NCBI GenBank assembly: GCA_025201805.1
Contig: MU619291.1
Coordinates: 64,451 to 128,450, forward strand
Source: Parasitella parasitica NRRL 2501
Taxonomy: Eukaryota; Fungi; Mucoromycota
Length of the DNA stretch: 64,000 bases
Direction of reading: 5' to 3'
Shown here: one piece after another, positions 12,540 through 27,741 of the stretch
How positions within the stretch are numbered: position 1 is the first letter of the stretch
How the letters are laid out: every line of letters starts with the position of its first letter
Translations under genes and position numbers: made by a program
Notes under the pieces: generated by a model
Databases searched by the model: none
The model's input: the letters and a program-made list of their open reading frames with translations, nothing else
What the model was told of the DNA's origin: nothing

Positions 12540-15500
12540 TCAAGCAGATGGCTTCTTTTTACCTTTCTTGGTAACAACAACCTTGAATTCATGGTCATCC
12601 TCGTCTTCGAGTCCTGCAGTGACAATGTCCAGTCTACCGGCAATGTCTGCCTTTCTGCGCTTCATGAATTCTTGAGCAAACCGCTTGCCGTCGATACGCA
12701 ACGAGTTAGCATAAATAACATCTTCAATGATCTCGCTTGCGCTTGAATCGGCAGGGAACGATAGCAGCATGCTAAGGATTTCTTCCTGATTGACTCCAGA
12801 ATTCAAATCTCTTAACGCCTTTCTACACCAGCGACGGAAGTCTTGGCTAGGCTCATTAGTACGAGCAGGTGTGGGTGCAGATCGGGTGGGGGGCTTGACT
12901 GGAGTCCACTGGGTTGGCTGAGGAGGGGGAGGAGGAGTAGCAGCAGCAGGTGCAGGAGCTGGAGAAGGCTTGCTTGCGCGAGCATTGGTCACAGTGGTCC
13001 AGGCACCACCAGCAGATGGAGTAGCAGCATAGGCTTTGGATGAAGAAGATGTGTTGGAGGTTGCATTAGCAGCAGCGATTGCAGCGGCAGTAGCAGCAGC
13101 CGCACTCTTTGTAGTCTTTGCGTTCTTCTTCTTCATGGCCAATTCTTCTTCCTGCTGGATCTCTCTCAATGTCTTTTTGGGACCTGTAGGTGCAGTCCAA
13201 GCAGCAGAGTTGCTAGCAGAGGGTGAGGCGCTTGGGGTGATGGAAGAATTAGATTTGCTGTTAGGCACAACGACGCCCCAAGATAAAGTGCTAGGAGTAG
13301 TATTAGCGAGCTGATCTTGCTGAGCTAAATACTGAGCCGCCGAAGCTTTCTTGGCTTCGGCTGCCTGTTTGGATTCTATTTCTTGGATTTCACGAAGCGA
13401 AAGAGGTTTATGAGAAGGTTGAGACCAAGTGCCAGGAACAGCAGAGTTCAAGACAGTGTTTGATGCTTTGCTAGTCATTTGTACAGATTGTTTGGCTTTA
13501 GCTTTCTTCAAATTAGCGATGCGAAGTTCTTCTTCCTGAATTTCACGCAAGGAAACAACAGGCTTAGCGACTGTTGCAGGAGTCATCGGCGCATTAGCTT
13601 TGGGAGAGGTCTCAGCCGTGGCAACAGCATTCTTTGCTTCAGCGGCAAGCTTAGCATCGGCAACAGCTTTGGCATCTGCACCTTTTTGTTGTTCAGCTAG
13701 TTGAATGTCGGCGAAAGATTCAACGATTGTTTTAGTCTTTACCGCTTTCTCGATTAGTCTTTTGGTAGGAGATGAGGGAGCATGAGGAGACTGAGCACCA
13801 GGAGCCTTGGATTGCAGTTCTTCAGAGACTTTATTAGGGATTGCCGTAGAAACAATATGGCCCCAAGGGCTTGAGGAAGCTTCGTTACCAGAAGCAGGCG
13901 AGTCCCAGCCATTAGATAAAATGCTTGATCTCATTACGGGTGACACATGGTTACTGTTAGTCACACTGATATTATTTTCCAATTGGCTATTCTTGAAGGT
14001 ATTTTGAACAGGAGGCGATTGCCTTTGGATTGGTTGCAGCTGTTGATGTTGTTGAGTAGGTTGCTGCTGCTGCTGTTGTTGTTGTTGCTGTTGTTGTGAC
14101 TGATCAGATAGTTGAGCAGGTTGCTGTTGAGCTGCAGGAGAGAACTGTTGCTGTTGTTGTTGTTGTTGGTCAGGTTGAAACTGCATTTGCTGGTATTGTT
14201 GTTGAAATTGCATGGATTGTTGCTGTTGCTTTTGTTGTAACATCAGGTTATACTGCTGGTGCTGATCTATAGGATCCATGATGGACCTTTGATAATCGAA
14301 TAGTCCAGGCGAATTCATATTTGATCCAAACATTGGATTCAAACCAGGCTGTTGCTGGCTCAAAAACGGAGAAGCAAGGGAACTATTACCGAACAATTCA
14401 GGTGTAGTTGGATTTAACCAGGAAGGTGACATTTGAGGCTGGCCATCATTGATGTTGCTCCATCGATTATCTCTCAACAACGAGCTTCCAAAGTTGTTGC
14501 CGTAGGGGCTTTGATAGATCGAATTTGATGGAATCCCACCACCCAAGAAGTTGTCTGCAATACCTCCGCCTGGAGCTGTTGGAGCTACAGATACCCCACC
14601 AAAGGGCATGTATTTGGATTGCAAATCGGGGCCATTTTTAAATAGATTTGTACCTTTCTCAGCAGATCCAAACTTGTCCATAGCGGATAATCCAGTAGGA
14701 GCAAGAGGCACACGAGATGTCAAGAAAGGTTGATCATCATTGCCAACCTTCTGGGTCAAGACCATCAGCGGCTCAAAGGCTGTTTCATCATCCCGACGAA
14801 GCATCAAAGTAGGCGCAAAAAAACCAGCCTTGTACCAGTCCTGCATTTCATGAGCTTCAAAAGGGCCTTGCACTTGCCCAGAAGGATCACGATAGAACCA
14901 CTTGATCTCTTCAGGTTTCCGAACATTAGGCAATGAAGACAAGCCACTTAAATCAGGAGCACCACCAGGGCTGGCAGTAATATCACTGCTAACACCGAAA
15001 AGCGCATCAGACTTGAACGCAGTAGTCTCATTGCCTAGTCCACCACCAAAGTTACCGCGACCAGAACCATCACTGAATGCCCAGCCTGGTTCCTTACCTT
15101 CATCATCCACTTTACTCAATGATAAATTCATGTCCTCGCTATGATCGCGTCTTCTCAACAAATCACTAGTGTCGCCACGCTTAATAGGCTGATCCTTTGC
15201 AAAGTAATCGTTGCGTCCTACTGCACAACATCTTTCAATTGACATATCTCCGAAATGCAAAAGAGATTGTTTACCTTTACGTTGACCCAATCTATTTGCA
15301 CCGGACGGAACAGGGCCATTCTCAAAGGCAGGACTTTGCGTTGGACTAGAGTGCAAATCACTTCCGCCGCGATGTCTTTGAGACTTACGAGACGATGCTT
15401 CCGAATGAACAGGGCCTGAAAGGAGCTACGTGGGTGCAAGACAAACAGATCATGTCAACCAACATGTAGCATTTTATCATGTTTACAAACCTTTTTTTCA

Positions 15501-15866
15501 GTCTCTGTTAATTCTTCAAAAGCCAACGGAGCAGAGCAGCCTTGCATGGTCACGTATTCGTGTTGCTTGAAATCAGAAGGTAATGGTAAGGTAGGATTGT
15601 ATAAACTAAGCATAAATTCCTTGGAATATTTGAATGGATTTTCTTGCTGATTTTGTGGTTGATGTTGGATATGACTATTGTTGTCATCAAAAGACATGAG
15701 GGAATCTAAGATATTGTTAGACGCGAAATCACTGCCGTTGATACTGCTGTGCTTGGACAAATTACCACGCATCCTGTTTTACACCTTAAGATTACATTGA
15801 CAAAAAAAAGAAAAGATAGATGCACAAAGCTTACCATTCGGGTCCAAAGTTCATGTTTGTAGTCAT
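12540..15866 (-). CDS. GYF-domain protein (GIGYF/Smy2/Syh1-like), 3 exons
   Basis: N-terminal MNFGPEW, FKYSKEFMLSLY, GYF domain WFYRDPSGQVQGPFEAHEMQDWYKAGFF, three (S/T)LREIQ repeats, C-terminal FRRWC..IDGKRFAQEF. Confidence 0.92.
14030..14240 (-). repeat. Coding CAA/CAG polyglutamine tract
   Basis: tgc/tgt triplet runs inside the GYF gene. Confidence 0.85.
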
Positions 15867-18042
15867 TTTTCGATTTCGTAATACAAGTGAATTAAGATGT
15901 CAAAGGTTCAAGTTGTTTTTGATAGAGAGAACGTAAAGCTTTTTCTGGTTTGGTTTGAAAAGAAAAAAGACGAAGAAAAATATTTTTCTCAAGTTTTTCT
16001 ATTGCAAGCCAGAAATACTCGCATCTGCCATGATTGGCTTAAAACCTCAATGTCAAATGTCATTTTGGTTGTTCACAGCTCAATTACATTTCATTGTTAT
16101 CTACCTTTACGGTAGAAAAACTTGTATTTAACTGATCTAATAATACATATTTTATATTTAATTAACATTAGCAATAGTGGCAGAACAGAATGTATGTATA
16201 GAACACTTGTTATTGGACTATCACCAATGTACAATTGACTGTTAATTGCTATTGTTCACAACATGCACATCTGACAAGCAATATTCTCTATTTATGTTCT
16301 AATATACTAGACATTCAACAAGCTACATTGTGATGATATACCTGATTTAGTCTCTGATATATAAATCGACCTTTTCTTATTACTTTAGAATGGTTGTTCC
16401 TTGGCGAACATTGCCTTTTCAAATATTGTCTCTCATCTTAATCCGAGTAGCAAGCAAAGTCTAATATTGTTTTGTCATGATTTCGACCATCGCCAAGTAT
16501 TGCAGTCAGTTCATTAGAAAGAACCCTTTATTAAATACGTCAATTTATCAAATCGTTGTACTCGTAAAACTTCAAATACCCTACCAAATATTATCGAAAA
16601 GCTGATTTGTTTACATCCCATAATATTACTTTGCATTACGGTACATGCACTCTTGAGACATACTAGCTTTACGTATAATTTGTATTATTATTCTGATGCA
16701 TCTTGCTCAAAATTCATTATTCCGAGATATATTAATACATCTTGCAGCCTAGTTAAGCTAATAACAAGAATGAGAATGGGAAATCATTTTTATAGGTCTA
16801 CAGCAGAAACATATATTCAGTATGCGTAATATATACATTTTTTCTCTTTTATACATCTGTTAATATGCACTGTGACGCCCTTACTTGTTCATACATGTTC
16901 ATATGTGTATCCGTATGCATCAAGGCTGTATTGAAAATTATTAGCGTTTCTACATTTATACAGTTTATTGTGATTCAATCAAACATTTAAGAATTCAAGA
17001 CATTCTTTCAGCTTCTTACTACATACCCCCAGCTCGAGTCTCCCGAATGCGCACAGGCCTCATCGTATTTAAGCAATGATAAAAGTCTGTTTGATAGCAG
17101 AGAACCCATTTGACATTCATGATTACATCAGCAAGATAACACTGATTTTTCTTAATCATGGCGTGATGCTTTACTAAAATGTATTTTAAGTCTCATTCCC
17201 ATTGGAAAAAAAAAAGAAACAAGCTCTTGGCGTTAATATTCACATTTGTTAGGTTTTGGATCGTTGTTTCCCCTTTTTTGATGTGAGTTTCAATGAATAA
17301 AAAAATACTCTTGTGGAAAATCGTCAATTATAGTACTGGAAAACGGCCAAAGTCCTTATTGCCTTATGATGCTGTTGATTTCGACTAATTGAGCATTTGC
17401 TTTTAATAGCAGGTACCAGATTGTGTAGCACGATCTCTTCCTAGCCATTAAGGACCTTGGTTGTCTGCAAGAAGCTATACATGCTATAAGCCTTTGTTTC
17501 GGTCGAGGGCCACTGTTGAATCAGGTTCTAGATCTAGCAATACGCCAAAGATTGTGCACGTTAAGTTCATGTCTCCCAGTGATGAGCGATATTGTACATT
17601 ACTGGAATCAAAGACATGGCCTATGATCAACAGACCTATTTTACGTTGTCTTGGCTGAAGTATTCAGATATTTTTAGCAACAATTCTGTCCGAAAATACT
17701 CTGACATATCATATTGTTTAAAAACGAACAATGGATGTGATACAAACAAGCAGGGTTCTCCTGTCAGCCATCCCACTATTTTATCGACCATGAAGCACAG
17801 AGAGTCAGAAATTGGCGATAGAAACTAAACTTGTATCAACATCTGGATGAAATTTTGCTGTATCATTACCATCGAAATCTACATCTTTGGAACTAATCTT
17901 ACACCACAACTGATACCCCGCCTAAAATACCCGCATAAATAGAATACTGCAAGAATCAAAAAAGCTTAAATAGGTCAGGAGCTGATCAATCTTTCATTTT
18001 TAGACATTTCTTTCAATTAGACATTTCTTTTTTAAAAGCAAC

Positions 18043-19057
18043 ATGTACTTTCCTTCTCTTTTCTCTATTGCTCTTTTCGGAACCGTGGTTTCTGCCGCTA
18101 GTTTGAACAATTGCACATCTGGTACTACAACATTCTCTAATGGTCTTGGCCATTGGGCCGAAGAAAGAGGTTTATCTAATGGATGGAAAATTACCAATGA
18201 AGGCCTTGTCATGACTCTTGAAGCCCCCAAGCAGATTGTTAGAATGACAAATTCATCCGATAACAGTAATGTATAAAATAGACCCTACTGCAAAATTGAT
18301 TTCACTGAATATCTTTTATGACTTGACAGACAATCCTTACAACAAGTACGAATCCCTTACGTCTCCCAATTTTGTCTATTCCACTCTGTTACACTATGGC
18401 ACTGTGTCTTATATTGTCAAGGTTGCAGGAAAAGCTGGCACAGTTACAGCTGCTTCGCTGATGGCTCCTGGAGGCGATGAGATCGACTTTGAGATGCTTG
18501 GTGGTAAGTAGCTTTTACCGGATCGGCATACATATATGTTTGTTATTCTAACATGTCCATCGTGTACAGCCGAACATAATAAGGTGCAAACAAACTATTT
18601 CTATGGTGCCAACCCTATTTATGTGGTAAATTCTAGGGATACTGAAGTTGCCATAGATACTACTACTGGTTTCCATAACTATACTATTGATTGGTAAGAT
18701 TTCATACAATACCTGTAAAAGCGGAAGCTAATTTGATGTGATTCAGGTCTCCGGAGAGGATCAATTTCATCCTTGATAATAAACTTATCCGAACTGCCAA
18801 AAATGTCAACGATTGCAATAAAGCAGGAGATTGTACCTATCCTACACATGCTACGTAAGTGCTTGTCCATGTTCATGCTTACATTAGCTGACGCATTTTA
18901 CAGTGCTATTGAAATTGGACTTTGGGATGCAAGCACTGTCTCTGGTACTGCTCAATGGGCTAGGGGACCCATTGACTGGACCCCAGGAGAAACCATTAAT
19001 GCCACAGTTAAATCCGTCACTGTCAAGTGTAACTCCAAGTATAACAACGTGAACTAA
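18043..19057 (+). CDS. Secreted GH16 glycosidase/transglycosylase (Crh-like), multi-exon
   Basis: Signal peptide, catalytic DEIDFEMLG, VQTNYF, FHNYTIDW, GLWD..GTAQWARGPIDW. Confidence 0.9.
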
Positions 19058-19931
19058 TAACAACCTATAAATTAATATTGTTGCTTGTATTTTTCATTCT
19101 TTATTTATATATATAAATTTTTTATACTTATTATAGCAACTCTCCTTATTAGTCATATACTATATGCATTACAAAAGGAACCATTGTACACTATGCATTG
19201 TTTGCATGTTCATCGACCAAGTAGACCAAGGGATCGTCCTGATGAGCCCCCCTAGACTAATCAAATATCGTCTATTTGACATTAAAAATTAAATGTCGGC
19301 TGAAGCAGTTTTAGGATGATGATTGTGATGTTAATAGACGGATTCAAGTTGCGATTCTTAATATGATTAATGGCTATTTGCCTCATAGTTGGTTTGAGAA
19401 AAAAAAAAAAAAGGCTTTAAAGATGGCCGCTATGATATTTCTGCTGTTGCATAACAGTATCATTCCTTTATTTGTAATACTTTCGGCACAAATATAGTGT
19501 ATAAATTATAATGCATTACATGTGTTGAAATAATCTACTCAACACAGATGCACAACTAGCATGATTACATTCAAGTACATGATGTGAATTTGATGTCTGC
19601 GGGATAATCACTGAATGGATAAACAAACATTTTTAAAGGCTAAACGCACAATTTCAGAAAAAATAAATAGAGAGTCTAAATGAAATGACACTGTATATCA
19701 GCATATATGGTACAACGCCATGTACCCATCATTTCATAAAATGGTGACAAATTGCTGATGATTGTAGCCGTGGTTGATTCCCGAGCGTTTTAGTTCGTGA
19801 TACAATGACACCAACATAGTAATAGATCAATCTGTTTATGCCTCTTATTCTGTACAATGGCACCTTGAATAAAATGATATATAAATAAAGGGTCATTTTT
19901 CACAGATCTTTTCTCTATATATCTCACAATA

Positions 19932-20925
19932 ATGGCTTCTTGTCGGTTATATATTATCTTTTTATTAAGCGTATTATGTGTTATCGCCCAAGGCTGGACA
20001 CTAGCATCGACCTCAGAAGGCGACTCTTTTTTTGATGCCTTCGATTTCTTTACTGATAGTGATCCCACTCATGGCTTTGTTCAATATGTTGATAAAGCTA
20101 CAGCTTCTAAACAAGGCTTGATTTATACTCAAAACAATCAAGCTATCATCAAAACTGATAATACCACAATAACAACCACAGGAAGGCAATCTGTACGCTT
20201 GGTCTCGACTGTTTCCTACAACACAGGTCTCTTTATCCTCGATTTGGAACATATGCCAACTGGTTGTGGTACCTGGCCAGCTTATTGGATGGTAGGCCCC
20301 AGTTGGCCAAACAGCGGCGAGATTGATGTATACTTCTTTAAATAGCACATATAAAACGCATAACTAAAAAATTTACAAATAGATCATTGAAGGTGTCAAT
20401 ACACAGGCTCAAAACCAAGTTACTCTACATACAAGCGCTGGTTGTACTATGAGAGGTGTAGGACGTACCCAATCATCCACTGTATTAACCAACAATTGTG
20501 ATGTCAATGCTCCTGGACAAGGCTCCAATGCTGGATGTGGTGTGATATCGCCAGATAAGCAAACCTATGGTACTGGTTTCAATAGAAACAAAGGAGGTGT
20601 CTATGCTACTCAGTGGCTGAATGATGGTATTTTTGTCTGGTTCTTCCCTCGTAATTCCATTCCTAAAGATATTGCATCCAATACTCCCAACCCGAACAAC
20701 TGGGGCTCGCCACTAGCAGCGTTTCCATTTGTTATGAGTAAATGTAATTCAAACAAATTTGCCAACTTGCAAATAGTTATCAACTTGACATTCTGTGGTG
20801 ATTGGGCTGGATCTGTTTATCGTACATCGGGTTGTCCATCTGATTGCAATAATTACGTTGGCCAGACGCCTGGTGCTTTTACTGAAGCTTATTGGCGTAT
20901 CAACTCACTCAAAGTCTATCATTGA
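19932..20925 (+). CDS. Secreted GH16 endo-1,3(4)-beta-glucanase (Lam16A-like), 2 exons
   Basis: Signal peptide, DPTHGFVQYV, GRQSVRL, HMPTGCGTWPAYW, GEID/IIEGVN across the intron, NLTFCGDWAG, AFTEAYW. Confidence 0.93.
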
Positions 20926-21079
20926 ATTATGAATGTATAAAATAAACTGAAACCAAAATTCATGCTGGAAAATATTTCCGGCATAATTTTTTTTTTCTTC
21001 TTCTATATAAAAAAAACCCTTATATATAAAGCTTTTTCTTCCCTTTTTTTCTTCCTTCAATCTATTATTTTTCAAATTT

Positions 21080-22765
<1,686 letters not shown>

Positions 22766-23482
22766 GCTCGTTTTGTTCAATCTACTATTATCATGACATC
22801 TTTGCTGTTCCCTGCTTTCTTCTTTGTAATCAAATCTTTTCTATATATATTCTTTTTTTTTTAGCGTAATTATACTCATTATAACTCAAATTGTTGTTTT
22901 TTCGTTATCTTTTTCGGTTTATACCTCCTAGATAAAATTGAATCATGTAAAATAAAACGTTACTAATTCTGCATGTAAAATTTGAATCAGTTCCATCAAT
23001 TACAGATTGGTATTGGCCCATCATGACATCAGGATAAATAAAAAAGGAAATCAAATGTGGGTTAAGTTTGTTGAGAAACCCGTTGATTTTACCAAACAAG
23101 GTTTAGTAAATAAACTTTTAGATACAGAAAATTGCCATTACAGTTTGGGCATGCGACACAGCAGTTTTGATCAGTTGTACAAGAAGCTTATGCCGTGATC
23201 TTTTTGTATTTTTGACATTTATTTTTAGGAAGCGTATCACCATGGTAATCACACATTTGTTCTCATTGAAGAAGAAGTAAAAGCTGATCTGCGTTTGCAG
23301 AACTTTTTTTGATGAAACAGACTAAACAATGGCTCTAGTATGTCTCACCAAAGTGTTGTGGTTGCCAACCATGTGAAGGCGGTGTTTCATTGATTAGGAA
23401 GCAAATGTATATAAATAAGGGTCCTTTTTTCATCACACTGATCTCACTATCCATCTTTTTATCTTTTTTTTTGCCTGTAAAT

Positions 23483-25192
23483 ATGGATTCTCGTGAATTG
23501 AACCTGCCAAAGTATATGGTGTACTGTGGTCTGATTGCAGGTATTGGTGCTTTCTCTAATGGTTGGACCATCGGTTCCCCCAATGTCCCCGGTGATGTGA
23601 CCCATAATTGCCCTACTGGAGATGCTCATACTGTAAATCCTGCCTTTCCTGATTGTTTGCCTATGGACACTGCTTTATGGTATATATTTTCGATCTTAAT
23701 TTTTTTTTTTACCTTCGAAAAGCATATTCAATCATAATTTATGATAGGGGCTTTGCTGTATCTTCCTTTTGTGTTGGTGGTCTGATCGGTAGTGCTATTG
23801 GAGGTGCTATCCAGACCAGACTAGGTCGTAGATTAACAATTATTGTCAACAACGCTGGTTTTATTTCTGGAGCCATTCTGATCGGTTGCTCTGTACATAC
23901 TGCCATGTTCATTATTGGTCGTATTCTATGTGGTTTATCTTGTGGTCTCGGCTCGCTTGTCATCCCGACTTATCTTGGTGAAATTTCTACTCGTAAAGGT
24001 AGAGGTTTGTTAGGGTTCTTTAACCAGTAAGTTGCATATACGGATTTGAAACAATTTTTTTCTTACATGTGTTTATTTCATTTTTAGGTTTTTCGTTGTA
24101 ACCGGCATTCTTTTATCCTCAATCATTGGCTTGCCTACCTCCAATGTTCCACTTTGGCGTCTTAACTACGCCATCGTTGCTATTCCTTCCATCTTTCAGA
24201 TCTTCATGATGGGAACCTGTGTTGAATCTCCTCGTTATTTGATCTCTATTGGTCGCATCGAAGATGCTCTTATTTCTCTTCAAAAGCTTCGTGGTTCTGC
24301 TGATGTTTCAGAAGAGTTCTTTGATATCGTTGCTGGACAAGTCGGTAAAAAGAAAGCTGCTCGACTTTTGAAAGAAAATTCCCATGAAAAGAGTGTCAAG
24401 AATGCTAACAGTAATGTGGATGAAGGTTTTGATAATGCTGATAGTAGCTCTCTTGAACGCAATGCTGATAGCCATAAGGAAGAGCCCAGCGCTCCGGGCG
24501 CAGGTATCAGTGGCAATGGTGACATTGAAAACGACGATAGTGATGAGCAACGTCCTCCCATGAATATTATCGAAATTTTTAGAGACCCTGTTATTCGCAA
24601 GATTGCTCTAATTGTTCTTTTCCACCACACTATCCAACAACTCTCTGGTATGAACGCTGTAATGTATTACTCGACGACTATCTTTGAACAAGCTGTGGAT
24701 AAGCAAAACGCTCAATACATGGCGATCTATACCACTGTTGTCAACTTTGGCATGTCTATTATTGCCATGGGTTTTATCGATCGCTCCGGCCGCCGTCTTT
24801 TATTGCTTTTGTCTGAAATGGGTACATTTATCTTCTCCGTTCTTTTGGTCGTTGGTTACAGATACAACATTGGCAATCTCCTTGTCGCTTCTGTCTTTAT
24901 TTATGTTGCTTCTTTTGCTATTGGCATTGGACCAGTTCCCTGGATGATTACCTCTGAAATGACCCCTATTTACGCTAGTTCTTCTGTCGGCGCAGTTGCT
25001 ACTGCCATGAACTGGGCTATGAATTTCTTAATCGGTCAGGTCTTTCCAGTCATTTTTGCTGCCATCCAAGGTTGGTCTTTTCTCATTTTCGCCATCATTT
25101 GTCTCATTTCTGCTATTGTCACATTCTTCTTTTTGCCTGAGACTAAAAACAGAGCCATTGAGGATATTGTCGATGGCTTTAAGAAGAAGTAA
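23483..25192 (+). CDS. MFS sugar porter (GLUT-like), 3 exons
   Basis: RLGRR, PTYLGEIS, ESPRYL, QQLSGMNAVMYYS, DRSGRR, GPVPW, PETKN. Confidence 0.93.
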
Positions 25193-25831
25193 ATAGACTT
25201 TATTGTTTGTTTATATTGTAAATTAGTTTTCGTTATCCCCTCTCCTCTTTTCACTCTCTTTAGAAACAGTTGATATGTTATGTTATAATTCTATTTTTTT
25301 ATCAGTGTAAATATTAATAAATCATTAAAATATATAGAATAAACCCTTTTAACCCATGCTTCGAAAGCGCCTATAACCCATATAATATAAACTACTGAGC
25401 TTCGCTGTCTTGCCAAAATTTCAAGGAAAATCAAGAATTCACCACAAATACACTGTTTAAGCTCTGAGAATACAATTTAAATTAAAAAAAGCTTATTGAA
25501 GACATACAAAGAATCTCATTGAAGAAGTAAGGATGCGCAATTTTGGCAGATAGTGATGGAAAATATCCTCCAACAAAGCATAATCTAGGCAATTTATGGC
25601 TTTGTATCGTTTGGCAGCTTTTGGAACTACACAGACACTTTCCATTATCGTTAGAAAAACTTTTTAATGCAAGTAAAAGGAAATCGAAAACTCAATGGAA
25701 GGGACATATCTTAAAGGAAACGAAAGCGGCATTTTTGAATGTTTGAATGGCAACCAAACACAACTTTGCGTGTAAGTATTAGGCGTACAAGTAATTTTTA
25801 ATTTATTAAAAGAAGAAAAGAGTAATAGAAC

Positions 25832-26971
25832 CTAGAAATCAGCATCTAAAGAAAAGTTGCGAACCTCCTTACTAGACATTACACCAGCACGTTGATAATC
25901 GGAAACGCGTTTCTCAAAGAAGTTGGTTTTTCCTTGAAGAGAGATCAACTCCATAAAATCAAACGGATTAGAGACATTGTAGTGCTTAGGGAAACCAAGT
26001 GATACCAGGAGACGATCGGCCACAAATCTAACGTATTGACACATCAACTTGTCATTCATACCAATCAAACGCACAGGAAGAGAATCATTAAAATAAGACT
26101 CCTCGATGTCAACAGCTTCAGTGATAATTTGAAGAACAGTTTCATGTGAAGGCTGATCAATCAAATGGTGAAACAAGAGGCAACCAAAATCAGCATGCAG
26201 ACCTTCATCACGAGTAATAAATTCATTCGAAAGAGTCAAGCCAGGCATCAAACCACGCTTCTTCAGCCAAAAAATAGAGGCAAAAGAACCAGAAAAGAAG
26301 ATACCCTCCACGGCAGCAAAAGCAACAATACGGACACCAAAAGATTGGTTTGATTCATTAGAAATCCACTTGAACGCCCAATTAGCTTTGTCCTTGATGA
26401 CTGGGATGGTTTCAATAGCATTAAACAAGAATTCTTTTTCAACGGGATCCTTGATATAAGTATCGATCAAGAGTGAGTACATTTCAGAGTGAATGTTCTC
26501 AATCATGATTTGGAAACCATAGAAACACTTTGCTTCTGCTACTTTGACCTCATCACAGAAATTTTTTACCAAGTTTTCATTGACAATACCATCAGAAGTA
26601 GCAAAGAAGGCCAAAACTCGAGAAATAAAGAATCGTTCATCATCATTTAGCCTTTCTTCCCAGTCAATTAAGTCCTTTGATAGATCAACTTCCTCAACTG
26701 TCCAAAAAGAGGCTTCAGCCTTCTTGTAAAATTCCCAAATCTAAATTATGCATTCAAATATGTTGCATTATATATATAATTTTATTCTGTGCTACGTGTT
26801 CAGACATACCTCATGGAATTTTACTGGAAAAAGACAGAAACGTCTGCTATTTTCCTTCAGAATGATTTCCTCTCCTGACTTCAAATCAACCTTCATCTCT
26901 GCCAAACGTTTCAAGATGGTTGCTCTTAAACCTTTGGTGGCAAGTTCAGATTGAGAATCGAATACTGTCAT
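25832..26971 (-). CDS. RNR2: Ribonucleotide reductase small subunit, copy A (intron 26741-26809)
   Basis: [20 protein letters not shown] (radical Tyr), [26 protein letters not shown]-terminal FSLDADF; GTATGT..TAG intron after FHE. Confidence 0.96.
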
Positions 26972-27153
26972 ATTTAGTTGAAAGAATCTGGGTGATATTT
27001 TAGCAAATCTGGTAATCCCTTTTGCTATACTTTTTATACGCTTTTTACAAGAACCGAGAATCCGCTTATTTGGAGAGGAGGCTGGATTTGGGAGTATCTA
27101 ATGTCATGCCATTCAGAAAATCGTCCATCAAATTTAATATTTGCAACGGATTC

Positions 27154-27181
27154 AATTTTGGTTGCCATGGCAACCAAAATT
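27154..27181. promoter_or_regulatory. RFX/Crt1 X-box within a perfect 28-bp palindrome upstream of RNR2 copy A
   Basis: AATTTTG-GTTGCCATGGCAAC-CAAAATT; the core equals the canonical X-box; about 190 bp upstream of the ATG. Confidence 0.8.
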
Positions 27182-27741
27182 TGCTGGCAGATAGGCACTG
27201 CAACCCATGGTACATTCAAATTCTTTTATAAGATGAAGATATATTCCTTGTTTTTAGTATCACGCGCTTATATGGTATACACATCAGTCCTGGTTTTCAT
27301 AGTAGTAATATAAAATGTTGCAAATTGCGTAGTAATCTATACATAAGATAGTGGAATCGGTTGCTTAATTCAATGTTTCTCTTTTTTAACGTTGCAAGAT
27401 TGATAATGAATGACAAACATTATTTCAAAGTTAAACTCATTGACTTTTTTGGTAAAAATTATAGACTCAATAACTACTCAACTTTGTCAATTGTCCATAC
27501 AAAGCACTTAGCATCCCAATGACTTATTTTTCACAATTTTAATGGAATTTACACTGTCTCTGCCCGATTTAAGTATTTGGAACCGCACCCGGTAGGTTTC
27601 TCAGAACTTGCAATTACTATTCAATGTATTTTCGCTCAAAAAAATTAAAATGACAATTTGATATTAAAGTCGAAAAAAGTAAAATTTATTGATAGAATTA
27701 AATAAAATAAATATATGATAAAAAGTTTAGTAAAGAAAATA

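Noticed and set aside
19219-19280. CTGATGAG resembling a hammerhead ribozyme core
   Set aside because: No stem II followed by GAAA and no stem III/cleavage triplet
25746-25756. ATGGCAACC as a second X-box
   Set aside because: Half-site only and downstream of the gene
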